Below are positions 24,935-25,090 of a DNA stretch of 25,090 nucleotides, piece by piece (the stretch's first letter is position 1; each line of letters starts with the position of its first letter). The notes under the pieces are model-generated. The model saw only the letters and a list, made by a program, of their open reading frames with translations. It was not told the origin of the DNA and ran no database searches. Source of the DNA: a virus (Duplodnaviria; Caudoviricetes); IMG/VR virus record IMGVR_UViG_3300049740_000912, positions 1 through 25,090 of that record; one strand, 5' to 3'. Made by a program: the position numbers and the translations under genes.

Positions 24935-25090
24935 ATATTCTAGTAGTAGGTGCCGGTTTTGCTGGCGCAACAGTAGCTCGTATGTTAGCAGAAGCTGGTC
25001 ATAAAATTACAGTTATTGATGAAAGACCGCATGTAGCCGGTAATGCATATGATTATATAAATCAATATGGGATTCGAGTACATAAATATG
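24931..25090 (+). CDS. glf: UDP-galactopyranose mutase, N-terminal part (runs off the window); not in the ORF track
   Basis: MNILVVGAGFAGATVARMLAEAGHKITVIDERPHVAGNAYDYINQYGIRVHKY: FAD-binding GxGxxG plus the Glf-type 'R.H.(G/A)GN.YD......G..VH.Y(G)' motif; ATGA overlap with the glycosyltransferase stop. Confidence 0.85.
   Translation, partial: MNILVVGAGFAGATVARMLAEAGHKITVIDERPHVAGNAYDYINQYGIRVHKY

Noticed and set aside
24931-25090. Generic FAD oxidoreductase or start of a host LPS locus (prophage boundary)
   Set aside because: The GNAYD...VHKY motif is Glf-type, and the gene is coupled to a phage gene under a phage-type promoter; only 53 codons are visible, so some uncertainty remains.

Overview
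Core-genome segment of a T4-like myovirus (AT-rich, all supported genes on the + strand). The host is probably a marine alphaproteobacterium, inferred from a pseudoazurin, a ROSE-like leader and small accessory genes. Order: C-terminus of a Kelch-like repeat protein; head genes (gp67-like, gp21, gp22, gp23); gp3, uvsY, uvsW; gp55, gp47, gp46, gp45, gp44, gp62, regA; an accessory island (membrane proteins, hsp20 with ROSE-like thermometer, DUF3563-like protein, pseudoazurin, T4-type lysozyme); gp43; a MazG-like pyrophosphatase; an AEP-type primase; a PD-(D/E)xK-like ORF; then a nucleotide/DNA-modification cluster. That cluster holds a DUF1599/Nmad1-like protein, a TagD-like cytidylyltransferase, a gp42-type dCMP hydroxymethylase, dCMP deaminase, a T4 beta-glucosyltransferase-like enzyme and, cut by the window edge, UDP-galactopyranose mutase. 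The best candidate for a new system is cytosine hypermodification with a furanose sugar (Galf or Araf), possibly further decorated from a CDP-polyol donor. A GT(G/T)TAC(A/T)-N17-TATAAT promoter recurs at least 9 times on the + strand, three times within coding sequence, and once has a divergent inverted copy. All protein calls come from motif recognition by eye; no database searches were run.
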